The position numbers and the translations under genes were made by a program. From positions 361 through 64,360 of the forward strand of contig DATMMN010000145.1 in the NCBI GenBank assembly GCA_035569675.1: a stretch of DNA of 64,000 bases. The letters run 5' to 3'. A model generated the notes under the pieces. The model was not told where the DNA came from. It did not search any database and saw only the letters and a program-made list of their open reading frames with translations. Within the stretch, counting starts at the first letter, position 1, and each line of letters begins with the position of its first letter. The stretch is from Acidimicrobiales bacterium (lineage in GTDB: Bacteria > Actinomycetota > Acidimicrobiia > Acidimicrobiales > RAAP-2). Below, piece by piece: positions 36,507 through 45,209 of this stretch.

Positions 36507-37943
36507 TCAGGCCTCTCCGGTTTGCGCTGGTAGGTCCGGCTGCGCCGACTCCGCCTTCATGACCCGCTGGGCCCAATCCCCGAGTTCGTCCGTGACCGGG
36601 AAGGCATTCGGCATCACCTTGGCCTTGACGTCGTCGGGCAGGCTCAGGTCGCCGCCGGTGTGCCCGACGCTGAAGACGCGTTCGGGCCGAGAGCGCCCGA
36701 TCATCGCCTGGAACCAGCGCAGCATCGTGCTGGCGCGGTGGCCGAACCCGTTCAGGAACCCGATGTGGACGAAGAACCAGACGACCCAGCCGGGGAAGCC
36801 GCTGAGACGGATCCCGCGCACGCTCACGATTGCCTTGAAGCGGCCGATGGAGGCGGCGCTCCCGAGGTCTCGATAGGTGAACGGCACGGAGTCCTTGCCG
36901 GCGATCCTTCGTTTGATCGTGTTGGCAGCGTGGAGGCCACCTTGCATGGCCACCTCGCACACGCCGGGGAGCTGATTGATCGACGCCATGTCGCCGACGG
37001 CGAACACGTCGGGGTGGCCCGGAAGGCTGAGATCTGGCAGGACCGAGATCCTCCCGGCGCGGTCGATCTCGGCGCCGGTTGCCTCGGCGAGGAGGCCAGC
37101 CAGGGGGGACGCCTGCACGCCGGCCGCCCAGATCACGGTCCCGCTCTCGACGCGGCTCTTCTTCTCGTCCGCGCTCTGGGCGTCGACGCCGAACGGATCG
37201 ACGCCGGTCACACGAAGTCCCATGCGAAGCTCAACCCCCATCTTTTCGAGCTCCGAGCGGGTGCGACCGGACAGACGGTCTCCGAAGTTGGCGAGGGGTT
37301 CGGAGCCGCCGTCGATCAGCACCACCCGGACCGAGGCGGGGTCGATCGTTCGGAACTCATGGCGAAGGCTCCGGGCGGCGAGCTCCCGGATCTGACCCGA
37401 GAGCTCGACGCCGGTCGGGCCCGCGCCGACGACGACGAAGGTGGTCCAGAACCGCTGGAGGGCGGAGTTTGGCATCGTCTCCGCGAGTTCGAGGGCGCCG
37501 TAGACGCGCCGGCGTAACTCCATGGCGTCGTCGATGGTCTTCATGCCGGGTGCGATCAGAGCGAACTCGTCGTGTCCTAAATACGACTGCCCGGCGCCGG
37601 CCGCCACGATGAGGCTGTCATAGGGGTATTCGTCGTTGCGACCAGGGACCGATTGTGTCTGTACGAGCCGGCGTTCGAGATCGAAGCCCGTGACAGAGGA
37701 GAGGACGACGCGCACGTTCGGGTGCTTGCGCAGCATGTGGCGCAGAACGGGGGAGATCTGCCCCGGCGAGAGGATGCCGGTCGCCACCTGGAAGAGAAGC
37801 GGCTGGAACAGGTGGTGGTTGCGCCGGTCGATCAGCGTGATGTCGATGTCGCGGGTGCGGGCCAGCAGTCTCGTTGCCGGGAGGCCTCCGAAACCTCCCC
37901 CCACTACCACGACACGATGCGCCGGAGCAGTACTCGTACTCAC
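36507..37943 (-). CDS. ndh: type II NADH dehydrogenase (NDH-2)
   Basis: Two dinucleotide folds: VVVVGGGFGG and VVVGAGPTGVE. Confidence 0.85.
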   Translation of the reverse strand: MSTSTAPAHRVVVVGGGFGGLPATRLLARTRDIDITLIDRRNHHLFQPLLFQVATGILSPGQISPVLRHMLRKHPNVRVVLSSVTGFDLERRLVQTQSVPGRNDEYPYDSLIVAAGAGQSYLGHDEFALIAPGMKTIDDAMELRRRVYGALELAETMPNSALQRFWTTFVVVGAGPTGVELSGQIRELAARSLRHEFRTIDPASVRVVLIDGGSEPLANFGDRLSGRTRSELEKMGVELRMGLRVTGVDPFGVDAQSADEKKSRVESGTVIWAAGVQASPLAGLLAEATGAEIDRAGRISVLPDLSLPGHPDVFAVGDMASINQLPGVCEVAMQGGLHAANTIKRRIAGKDSVPFTYRDLGSAASIGRFKAIVSVRGIRLSGFPGWVVWFFVHIGFLNGFGHRASTMLRWFQAMIGRSRPERVFSVGHTGGDLSLPDDVKAKVMPNAFPVTDELGDWAQRVMKAESAQPDLPAQTGEA

Positions 37944-38023
37944 GGGTGCCCTCCTTCTTCTGCCTCGTCCACCGCGTGGCGTGCCGGCTGGTCCCTACGG
38001 CCGGGTTCGTCCCGTTCTCGGAG

Positions 38024-39943
38024 TTACCGGGTGCCGGCCGCTGGTGCCTCCTCGGCCTCGATGAGGCGTCCGACGGCGTCGATCAACGCGAGGTGGGTGA
38101 ACGCCTGGGGGAAGTTGCCGAGATGTTCCCCGGTCGAGGCGTCGATCTCCTCCGCGTAGAGCTGGAGCGGGCTCGCGAAGTTCAACAGCTTCTGGCACAG
38201 GGCGCGGGCTCGCTCCTGCTCGCCGACCATGGCCAGCGCGGTGACGAGCCAGAAAGAGCAGATGGTGAACGTCCCCTCTTTGCCCGCGAAGCCGGTGTCG
38301 GTCGTGTCAACCTTGTAGCGGAGGACCAGACCATCCTCGGTGAGGTCGTCCGCGATGGCGAGGACGGTGGCCCTGACTCGGTCGTCGTCGGGCGGCAGGA
38401 AGCCGAGGATCGGGATCAGGAGAAGCGACGCGTCGAGCTCGTCGTTCGCGTAATGCTGGCGGAACCGCCCCTGTTCGTCGACTCCTTTGTCGAGGATCTC
38501 GGCCTGCAGCTCGTCCGCCGCTTTGCGCCACTGCTCGGCTCGGTCGGTGTCCTGACGGAACCGGGCCATCTCGGCCCCCCGGTCCATGGCGACCCAGCAC
38601 AGCACCTTGGACGCCGTGAAGTGCTGGGGGTCACCCCGGATCTCCCAGATACCTTGGTCGGGATCGCCCGAGTGTGCGATCGCGGTGTCGACAAGGTGGG
38701 CCACGCCTTCCCAGACCGGGTTCACGATCTGGGAAGCTCCCCGGCGCAGGTTGATGTCCAGTGCGTCGAGCAGCATGCCCCACACGTCGTTTTGGCGCTG
38801 GTTCCACGCGCCGTTGCCCACGCGGACGGGACGTGAGTTCCGCCATCCCGACAGGTGGTCGAGGGTCTCTTCAGTGAGGTCCTTGCGGCCGTCGATGCCG
38901 TACATGATCTGGAGCTCCCAGTTCTTGCCGGCGTCGGCCGCCACGGCCTCGATGACGAAGGCGAAGTACTCCATGGCCTCCCACTCGAACCCAAGGCGGT
39001 AGAGCGAGCGCAACATGAAGGACGAGTCGCGGATCCAGGTGTAGCGGTAGTCCCAGTTGCGAGCGCCGCCGGGCGTCTCGGGTAGCGAGGTCGTGGCGGC
39101 CGCCATGATGGCCCCCGTCGGCGCGAAGCTGAGGCCCTTGAGGGTGAGGGCGCTGCGCTCCATGTAGATGCGCCACGGGTGGTCGGGGAAGGTGCCGTTG
39201 GAGAGCCAGTCCCGCCAGTAGGTCACAGTTGCATCGAGCTGTGCCTGCGCCTCTCCCAGATTGTCGGGATGGCGGCCCGACCACGAGAGCGCGACGAACG
39301 CGGACTCACCCTTGGCGAGAGTGGTGCGTCCGTAGCAGCGAGCGCCGGCCGCCCCGAGACCGAAGGACGAGCGAAGGGTCAGCGACGGGTCGCCCACCGG
39401 CGGGCACACGGACATGGTCTCGTAGTCATCCCCCTCGTAGGACCACTGGCCCGTCTGCTTGCCGTATTCGAAAACCGGTACGAGGTTCGCGATGACCTCG
39501 ACATGGCCCTCGATGCAGGTGGCGACGCGCAAGAGCACGCCACTCGGCGCGGCGTCGCCGGGCGCCCTGCGATAGTCGGTCCGGCGCTGGCCGTCCTCCA
39601 TGGATTGGACGACGAGCAGGTCCTCGACGACCAGCCATCCCGAAGGTGTGTGCCAGGTGGTCTCGAGTGCCATGGTCCCTGGGATGTAACGCCGGTGGTG
39701 CGGGACTTGTGTACTGGTCGGTCCGAAGCGGAAGTTACCGGCGGTCCTGTCCAAGATTGCGCCGAAGATGCTCGGCGAATCTGGGCGGGGAAGGCAGAAC
39801 CACTCGACGGAGCCATTCGGTGCTACGAGGCAGCTGTTCTCGCAGTCGGAGAGAAAGGCGTAGTCGGCGATGGGGGGGAAGTTGTCGGCGCGCTTCGCGT
39901 TTTCACCCACGTCGGGCGCAGCAGCAAGCGGTGCATCCGTCAC
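38024..39943 (-). CDS. glycoside hydrolase family 15 (glucoamylase/trehalase-like)
   Basis: YAFLSDCENSCLV..., NWDYRYTWIRDS and other GH15 motifs. GTG 39943 gives about 639 aa. Confidence 0.85.
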   Translation of the reverse strand: MTDAPLAAAPDVGENAKRADNFPPIADYAFLSDCENSCLVAPNGSVEWFCLPRPDSPSIFGAILDRTAGNFRFGPTSTQVPHHRRYIPGTMALETTWHTPSGWLVVEDLLVVQSMEDGQRRTDYRRAPGDAAPSGVLLRVATCIEGHVEVIANLVPVFEYGKQTGQWSYEGDDYETMSVCPPVGDPSLTLRSSFGLGAAGARCYGRTTLAKGESAFVALSWSGRHPDNLGEAQAQLDATVTYWRDWLSNGTFPDHPWRIYMERSALTLKGLSFAPTGAIMAAATTSLPETPGGARNWDYRYTWIRDSSFMLRSLYRLGFEWEAMEYFAFVIEAVAADAGKNWELQIMYGIDGRKDLTEETLDHLSGWRNSRPVRVGNGAWNQRQNDVWGMLLDALDINLRRGASQIVNPVWEGVAHLVDTAIAHSGDPDQGIWEIRGDPQHFTASKVLCWVAMDRGAEMARFRQDTDRAEQWRKAADELQAEILDKGVDEQGRFRQHYANDELDASLLLIPILGFLPPDDDRVRATVLAIADDLTEDGLVLRYKVDTTDTGFAGKEGTFTICSFWLVTALAMVGEQERARALCQKLLNFASPLQLYAEEIDASTGEHLGNFPQAFTHLALIDAVGRLIEAEEAPAAGTR

Positions 39944-40128
39944 CTCGACCGATGCTAAGGACGACCGGCCGTTGCTGCAAGCGCCATGGCCGTGTGGGCG
40001 CGCCACTTCGTGACGGAATTGTGACAGCGCAGGTTGATGCCCCTTTGGGGCCTGTTGCTTCGCCGGACCGGTCGCTAGCGTGAACAAAGCGGTAGGCCGG
40101 GATCTTCCGGCCGCAGGAGGAGGTCAAA

Positions 40129-40902
40129 ATGGCAGAAGAACTTGCTGGCAAGGTCGCCATCGTGACGGGAGGGAACACCGGCATCGGCAAGGCCGTGGTG
40201 CTCGCGCTGGCCGAGAGGGGCGCAAGCGTCGTCATCGACTACGTGGCGAACGAGCAGGCGACCGAGGACCTCGAGCGCAAGATCGCCGGCCTCGGAGAGA
40301 AGTCGGTGGGCGTGGAGGCGGACGTCTCCAAGGTCGAGGGCTTGCAGCGGATGATCGACACGGCGGTGTCGTCGTTCGGCCGTCTGGACGTGTTGGTGAA
40401 CAACGCCGGAATAGAGACCCGCTCGAACATCCTCGAAACGACAGAGGCGCAATACGAGAAGGTCCTCGAGATCAACCTGAAGAGCGCTTTCTTCGGGACC
40501 CAGTTGGCGGCCAAGCAGATGATCGCTCAGGGTGGCGGTGGGCGGATCATCAACATGACCTCCGTCCACGAGGATTGGCCGATGCCGGGCAACACGCCCT
40601 ACTGCCTTTCCAAGGGCGGCATGCGCATGCTCACGAGGACGGCCGGCGTCGAGCTCGCCCCCCACGGCATCACCGTGGTCGGCGTGGGCCCCGGTGCCGT
40701 CGATACGCCGATCAACACCCAGACCGTGAACGACCCCGCCGCCCTGGCCAAGCTGAACGCCGCCATCCCCCTGGGCCGCTTGGCCGAGCCCGAGGAGATC
40801 GCCTCGGTCGTCGCCTTCTTGGCCTCTGACGGCGCGAGCTACATCACCGCCACAACGATCTTCGCCGACGGCGGCATCATGCAAAGCAGCCCCGGGCTCT
40901 GA
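40129..40902 (+). CDS. SDR family oxidoreductase (glucose 1-dehydrogenase-like)
   Basis: GKVAIVTGGNTGIGKA, NNAG, YCLSKGG. RBS GGAGGAGG upstream. Confidence 0.85.
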   Translation: MAEELAGKVAIVTGGNTGIGKAVVLALAERGASVVIDYVANEQATEDLERKIAGLGEKSVGVEADVSKVEGLQRMIDTAVSSFGRLDVLVNNAGIETRSNILETTEAQYEKVLEINLKSAFFGTQLAAKQMIAQGGGGRIINMTSVHEDWPMPGNTPYCLSKGGMRMLTRTAGVELAPHGITVVGVGPGAVDTPINTQTVNDPAALAKLNAAIPLGRLAEPEEIASVVAFLASDGASYITATTIFADGGIMQSSPGL

Positions 40903-40921
40903 TCACTCCGGCGTCGGCCGA

Positions 40922-41953
40922 TCAGGTGGTCTCGGCCACCACCCCGGCGCCATCGTCCGTACCCACCTTGGGGGCCGTCAGCCGCTCCCGGAAGATGTGG
41001 TACGCCCAGGCCTGGTAGATGACGACAACCGGCACCATGACGACCGCGACCACCGTCATCACCTTGAGGGTGTAGGGCGGGCTGGCAGTGTTCCCGACGG
41101 TCAGGTTGTAGGCGGTGTTGGTTGTCGAGATCATCACCCGCGGGAACAGCTCGGTGAAGATCGACCCCACGGTGCCGCCGATGCCCACGGCCGCGGCCAC
41201 GAAGGCCCACCCGTCGGCTTTCGACGAGGTCAGCCACGCCGCGGCGATGACGGCCATCAGCGCCAGCGCCTCGAGCGGCTCGGGAACGAAGCCGGTGCTG
41301 AGTCCGACGTGGACCCACGTGAAGAATCCGAAGGAGACGACCACCGCGACGGCCCCGATCCCTGTCGCCGCGCGCTGCGCGCGGGCGTGGAGCTCACCTG
41401 TCGTCTTCAGCGTGAGGTAGGTCGCCCCCATCAGGAGTGACAGCACGACCATGGTCAGACCCATCCATACACCGAAGGGTGTGAAGAGGTTCCAGAATCC
41501 GCCTGTGTACTCGTGCTGTGAGTTGATGGGGAGTCCGTGCAGCAAGTCGCCGAGCGCCAGCCCTATCAAGAACGGGATGACCGCGCTGGCCACTGTCATG
41601 CCCCAGCGCCAGAACGTCCTCCAGCGGGGGTCGTCGAACTTGCGCTGGTACTCGAAGGTCAGGCCGCGGACCATCAGTGCGATCAGGAGCAGCACGACCG
41701 CCAGGTACAACGCCGAGAACATGGTCGCGTACCAGCCCGGGAACGCGGCGAAGATGGCGGCCCCAGCCACGATCAGCCATACCTCGTTGCCGTCCCAGAC
41801 CGGACCGATCGTGTTGATCAGCACCCGCCGCTCCATGTCGGTCCGACCCAGGAAGGAGTGCAGCATGCCGACGCCGAGGTCGAATCCCTCGAGGATGAAG
41901 AAGCCGACCCACAGCACGGCGACGACGATGAACCAGAAATCTCCGAGTGTCAT
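40922..41953 (-). CDS. cydB: cytochrome bd ubiquinol/menaquinol oxidase subunit II
   Basis: Polytopic membrane protein. FWFIVVAVLWVGFFILEGFDLGVG is the typical CydB N-terminus. Confidence 0.9.
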   Translation of the reverse strand: MTLGDFWFIVVAVLWVGFFILEGFDLGVGMLHSFLGRTDMERRVLINTIGPVWDGNEVWLIVAGAAIFAAFPGWYATMFSALYLAVVLLLIALMVRGLTFEYQRKFDDPRWRTFWRWGMTVASAVIPFLIGLALGDLLHGLPINSQHEYTGGFWNLFTPFGVWMGLTMVVLSLLMGATYLTLKTTGELHARAQRAATGIGAVAVVVSFGFFTWVHVGLSTGFVPEPLEALALMAVIAAAWLTSSKADGWAFVAAAVGIGGTVGSIFTELFPRVMISTTNTAYNLTVGNTASPPYTLKVMTVVAVVMVPVVVIYQAWAYHIFRERLTAPKVGTDDGAGVVAETT

Positions 41954-41961
41954 GGTCTCTC

Positions 41962-43392
41962 CTAGTAGACGAGGGCCGACTCGTCATCGTCGACGAACTC
42001 CGTGCCGGACGCAGGAGATCCGGCTTCCTCGGGTGAGGTGATCTTGGCGAGCGGGTCCTGGCCCAGGGGACGGCGGCTGTAGCGCAGCATCATCCAGGCG
42101 TCCGCCACGCCGAGCGCAACGAAGACGGCGAGGAAGACGAGTATGGAGATCCAGATGTCCGTCGCGCTCACGGAGGGCGACACGCCGTTGGCGGTCTTCA
42201 TCAAACCCTGGACGATCCAGGGCTGGCGGCCGTTCTCGGTGAGCAGCCAACCGGCGGTGTTCATGAGGAAGGGCAGGATCACCACCCAGGGGGCTATTCG
42301 CAGGAACCACTTAGCGTGCCCGAGTTTCTTCCGATAGATCAGCCAGCCGCCCCACAGAGCGAAGAGCATGATGAGCGTGGCGAGATAGGCCATGACCCGC
42401 ATGGACCAGTACTGAATGAAGACGTTGGGCACATAGTTTCCCGGTCCGTACTCCTGCTGGTACTGCGCGTTGAGCTGGTTGAGCCCCTGTACCGGCCCGT
42501 TTGGGGAGTTGGTGGCCAGAATCGAGAGCAGCCAGGGGATGTTGATGATCTGCGTTGGGGTCTCGTCGTTGTTCCCGCCGCCGATCTGGATCGCGGAGAA
42601 CGGACAGTGCGACGGGCAGCTGTTCCACAGCGCCTCTGCGGCGGCGATTTTCATGGGTTGGTACTTCTCTTCGACGACGCCAAGTTCGCTACCCACGAAA
42701 ATGGCTAGGACGATGGACGGCAAGAGGACGGCCAGAGAGATCACTGCGACCCGCCGGAAGGTCTCGACCGCCTGCTGCCGATGCATCTGCCACGCCGCGA
42801 CGCCCAGCATGATGATGCTCCCCGTCACGAGGGCGGCGAGTACCACGTGGGGATAGGCCCAGACGAAGGTCGGGTTGGTGAACAGGGCCCAGATGTTGGT
42901 CAGCTGCGGCTCACCGTTCTTCATCGTGTAGCCGACGGGGTGCTGCATCCAGGAATTGGCCGCCATGATGAACGCGGCAGACAGGATGGTCCCGGCGGCG
43001 ACCAGCCAGATGGTGACGAGGTGGGCCCTCTTGGACAGTCGGTTCCAGCCGAAGATCCAGATGCCGAGGAAGGTGGACTCCAGGAAGAACGCGACCAGCC
43101 CCTCCATCGCGAGGGGTCCGCCGAACACATTGCCCACCAGGCGTGAGTACGTCGACCAGTTCATGCCGAATTCGAACTCCTGGATCAGGCCCGTCACGAC
43201 GCCGATGGCGACATTGATGAGGAGAAGGGCGCCGAAGAAGCGGGCCAATCGGCGATAGGTCTCGTCCCCGTTGCGATACCACGCCGTCTCGAGCAGCGCG
43301 ACGAGGAAGGCGAGGCCCATGGTCACCGGTACGAAGAGGAAGTGGTAGATGCTCGTCATGGCGAACTGCCACCGGGCGAGGTCGAGGTTCAC
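41962..43392 (-). CDS. cydA: cytochrome bd oxidase subunit I
   Basis: LARWQFAMTSIYHFLFVP N-terminus. GTG 43392 with RBS GGGGGA. GTGA overlap with the cydC stop. Confidence 0.9.
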   Translation of the reverse strand: MNLDLARWQFAMTSIYHFLFVPVTMGLAFLVALLETAWYRNGDETYRRLARFFGALLLINVAIGVVTGLIQEFEFGMNWSTYSRLVGNVFGGPLAMEGLVAFFLESTFLGIWIFGWNRLSKRAHLVTIWLVAAGTILSAAFIMAANSWMQHPVGYTMKNGEPQLTNIWALFTNPTFVWAYPHVVLAALVTGSIIMLGVAAWQMHRQQAVETFRRVAVISLAVLLPSIVLAIFVGSELGVVEEKYQPMKIAAAEALWNSCPSHCPFSAIQIGGGNNDETPTQIINIPWLLSILATNSPNGPVQGLNQLNAQYQQEYGPGNYVPNVFIQYWSMRVMAYLATLIMLFALWGGWLIYRKKLGHAKWFLRIAPWVVILPFLMNTAGWLLTENGRQPWIVQGLMKTANGVSPSVSATDIWISILVFLAVFVALGVADAWMMLRYSRRPLGQDPLAKITSPEEAGSPASGTEFVDDDESALVY

Positions 43393-45209
43393 GGTTGGTC
43401 TCCCCCTTTGATGATGACGTTGGTGACGTTGGTGACGTTGGTGACGTTCTGCTGTGTCGAAGTGGGCTGGTCGCCAAGCCGCTCCTCCCACCACAACGCG
43501 GCGTAACGGCCCCCGGTCGCCAGAAGTGCGGCATGCGTGCCGTGCTCGACGATCACGCCGCCCTGGAGCACCAGAATCTCGTCAACCTGCTCCAGTCCCG
43601 AGAGCCGATGGGTGATCAGCAGGGCCGACCGACCCTCTGCCACTGCGAGCAGGTCGGTCGTCAAGGCGTCCGCGGCCGCCCGCTCGAGGTGTTCCGCCGG
43701 CTCATCGAGCACGAGAATCGGGAAGTCGGCCAGGAGAGCGCGGGCCACTGCAACCCGCTGGCGCTGGCCGCCCGAAAGGCGCGCCCCCATTGGGCCGACC
43801 TCGGTCGACAGGCCGTCGGGTAGGCCGTCGAGCCACGGGCCCAGCCCGACACGCTCGAGGACCCGCTTGAGTTCGACGTCGTCGGCCGAGCGACGTCCGA
43901 TCCGGAGGTTCTCGGCGAGGGTGGTGTCGAACAGGTGTGCTCGCTGCTCGACGAGTCCGACGATGCGCCGCACGTCGTCCGCGGCATAACGCTCCATCGG
44001 CACGCCGTCGAGCATGGCTTCACCGCCGTCGGCCTGCAGGAAGCGCACAAGCACGTCGGCGAGCGTCGATTTGCCCGCTCCGTTCGGCCCGACGAGCGCG
44101 ACGCGGCGGCCGGGCGACAGCGTCAGGTCGACGCCGCGCAGCGCGGCTCGCCCAGCTCCCGGGTACGAGGCCCACACCGACCGCAGCTCTGCCGTGTGCG
44201 GCCCCGAGCCGACCGGCACAGGGTGGAGCGGATCTGTGACGACAGATCGCGTGTCCATGGCGGCGAACACCCGTCCCGCCGCAACGCGAGAGCGCTGAAG
44301 GGCCTGGGTTGCGGCCGGCAGGGGAGAGACAACCTCGACCGCGGCGAGTGGAACGAGGACCAACACAGCCAGGAATGCACCGTTCAGGGATCCGCCGTGC
44401 GTGGCCCGTACGCCAAGGGTGAGCGCGCCCCAGCTGGCCAGACCGATCAACTCCGTCGTGAGGGCAAGCCCAACCCCCGCCGTTCCCGCCCCACGCCGCG
44501 ACAGCGAGCGCAGGCGCTTGTCGGCGCGCTCGATCCGGCCGAGCTGCGCCTCGGTCCCCCCCATTACGATCAACTCCGGTGCGCCGTCGACGATGTCGAC
44601 GACCTCCGCGGACAGTTCGCCGCGGACCGTTGCCTGCTTGGCCTCGGCGCGCGTGGCGAGGTGGCCGGTCAGCCACGGAACGGCCGTCGCTGAGATTGCC
44701 AACGCGACGAGCAGCACGAAGCCGGCTTGCGGGAGGACCCACCACATGCCCGCGACCGTGACGATTCCGACGAGCGCGGCCACCGCAAAGGGCTCGATCA
44801 CCCGCAGCACTACGTCCTGGAGGGAGTCCACATCGTTGACGACCCGCGCCATGAGGTCGCCGCGGCGGAAGAGCGGGAGGGCTGCCGGCGCCGCCGCTTC
44901 GAGGCGTTCGTAGACGCGGACGCGCAGGTCGGCCAGCACCCGAAGGCCGGCGTCGTGGCCGACGAGCCGGTCGGCGTAGCGCAGGAAGCCGCGCGAGAGC
45001 CCGAAGAACTGGACGCCGACGATGGCGAGCGTCAGCGAGGCCTCGGCCGGGTGCTGAGCGGCTCGCGAGATCAGCCAGGCCGACGTCGCCATGAGCGCGA
45101 TCGAGGCGCCGATGGCGCCGGCGCCAAGGAGCGAGGCGTGGGTGATCCGCCGCCGCGCGGGCCGCGCAATGGCGAGAGTGCGCAGCGCGCTCGCGGGGCG
45201 GTCGTTCAC
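43389..45209 (-). CDS. cydC: thiol reductant ABC exporter subunit CydC
   Basis: Six-helix TMD plus NBD (GPNGAGKST, LSGGQRQRVAVARAL, ILVLDEP). GTGA overlap with cydD. Confidence 0.85.
   Translation of the reverse strand: MNDRPASALRTLAIARPARRRITHASLLGAGAIGASIALMATSAWLISRAAQHPAEASLTLAIVGVQFFGLSRGFLRYADRLVGHDAGLRVLADLRVRVYERLEAAAPAALPLFRRGDLMARVVNDVDSLQDVVLRVIEPFAVAALVGIVTVAGMWWVLPQAGFVLLVALAISATAVPWLTGHLATRAEAKQATVRGELSAEVVDIVDGAPELIVMGGTEAQLGRIERADKRLRSLSRRGAGTAGVGLALTTELIGLASWGALTLGVRATHGGSLNGAFLAVLVLVPLAAVEVVSPLPAATQALQRSRVAAGRVFAAMDTRSVVTDPLHPVPVGSGPHTAELRSVWASYPGAGRAALRGVDLTLSPGRRVALVGPNGAGKSTLADVLVRFLQADGGEAMLDGVPMERYAADDVRRIVGLVEQRAHLFDTTLAENLRIGRRSADDVELKRVLERVGLGPWLDGLPDGLSTEVGPMGARLSGGQRQRVAVARALLADFPILVLDEPAEHLERAAADALTTDLLAVAEGRSALLITHRLSGLEQVDEILVLQGGVIVEHGTHAALLATGGRYAALWWEERLGDQPTSTQQNVTNVTNVTNVIIKGGDQP
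43414..43449. repeat. 9-bp tandem repeat, 4 copies (two central perfect copies of GTGACGTTG, outer copies off by 1 nt)
   Basis: atgacgttg gtgacgttg gtgacgttg gtgacgttc. Encodes the (NVT)n tail of CydC and lies 22-58 nt upstream of the cydA start. Confidence 0.85.

Noticed and set aside
39944-40128. Direct repeat GTGAC-N6-GTGAC, considered as a CRP-like site in the GH15 / SDR divergent spacer.
   Set aside because: It is a direct repeat rather than the inverted TGTGA-N6-TCACA type, so it does not fit the CRP/FNR consensus.
43393-43494. N-terminal extension of cydA containing HQRHQRHQRH.
   Set aside because: It is the 9-bp tandem repeat read in another frame and overlaps the cydC 3' end. GTG 43392 has its own RBS and yields the canonical CydA N-terminus.
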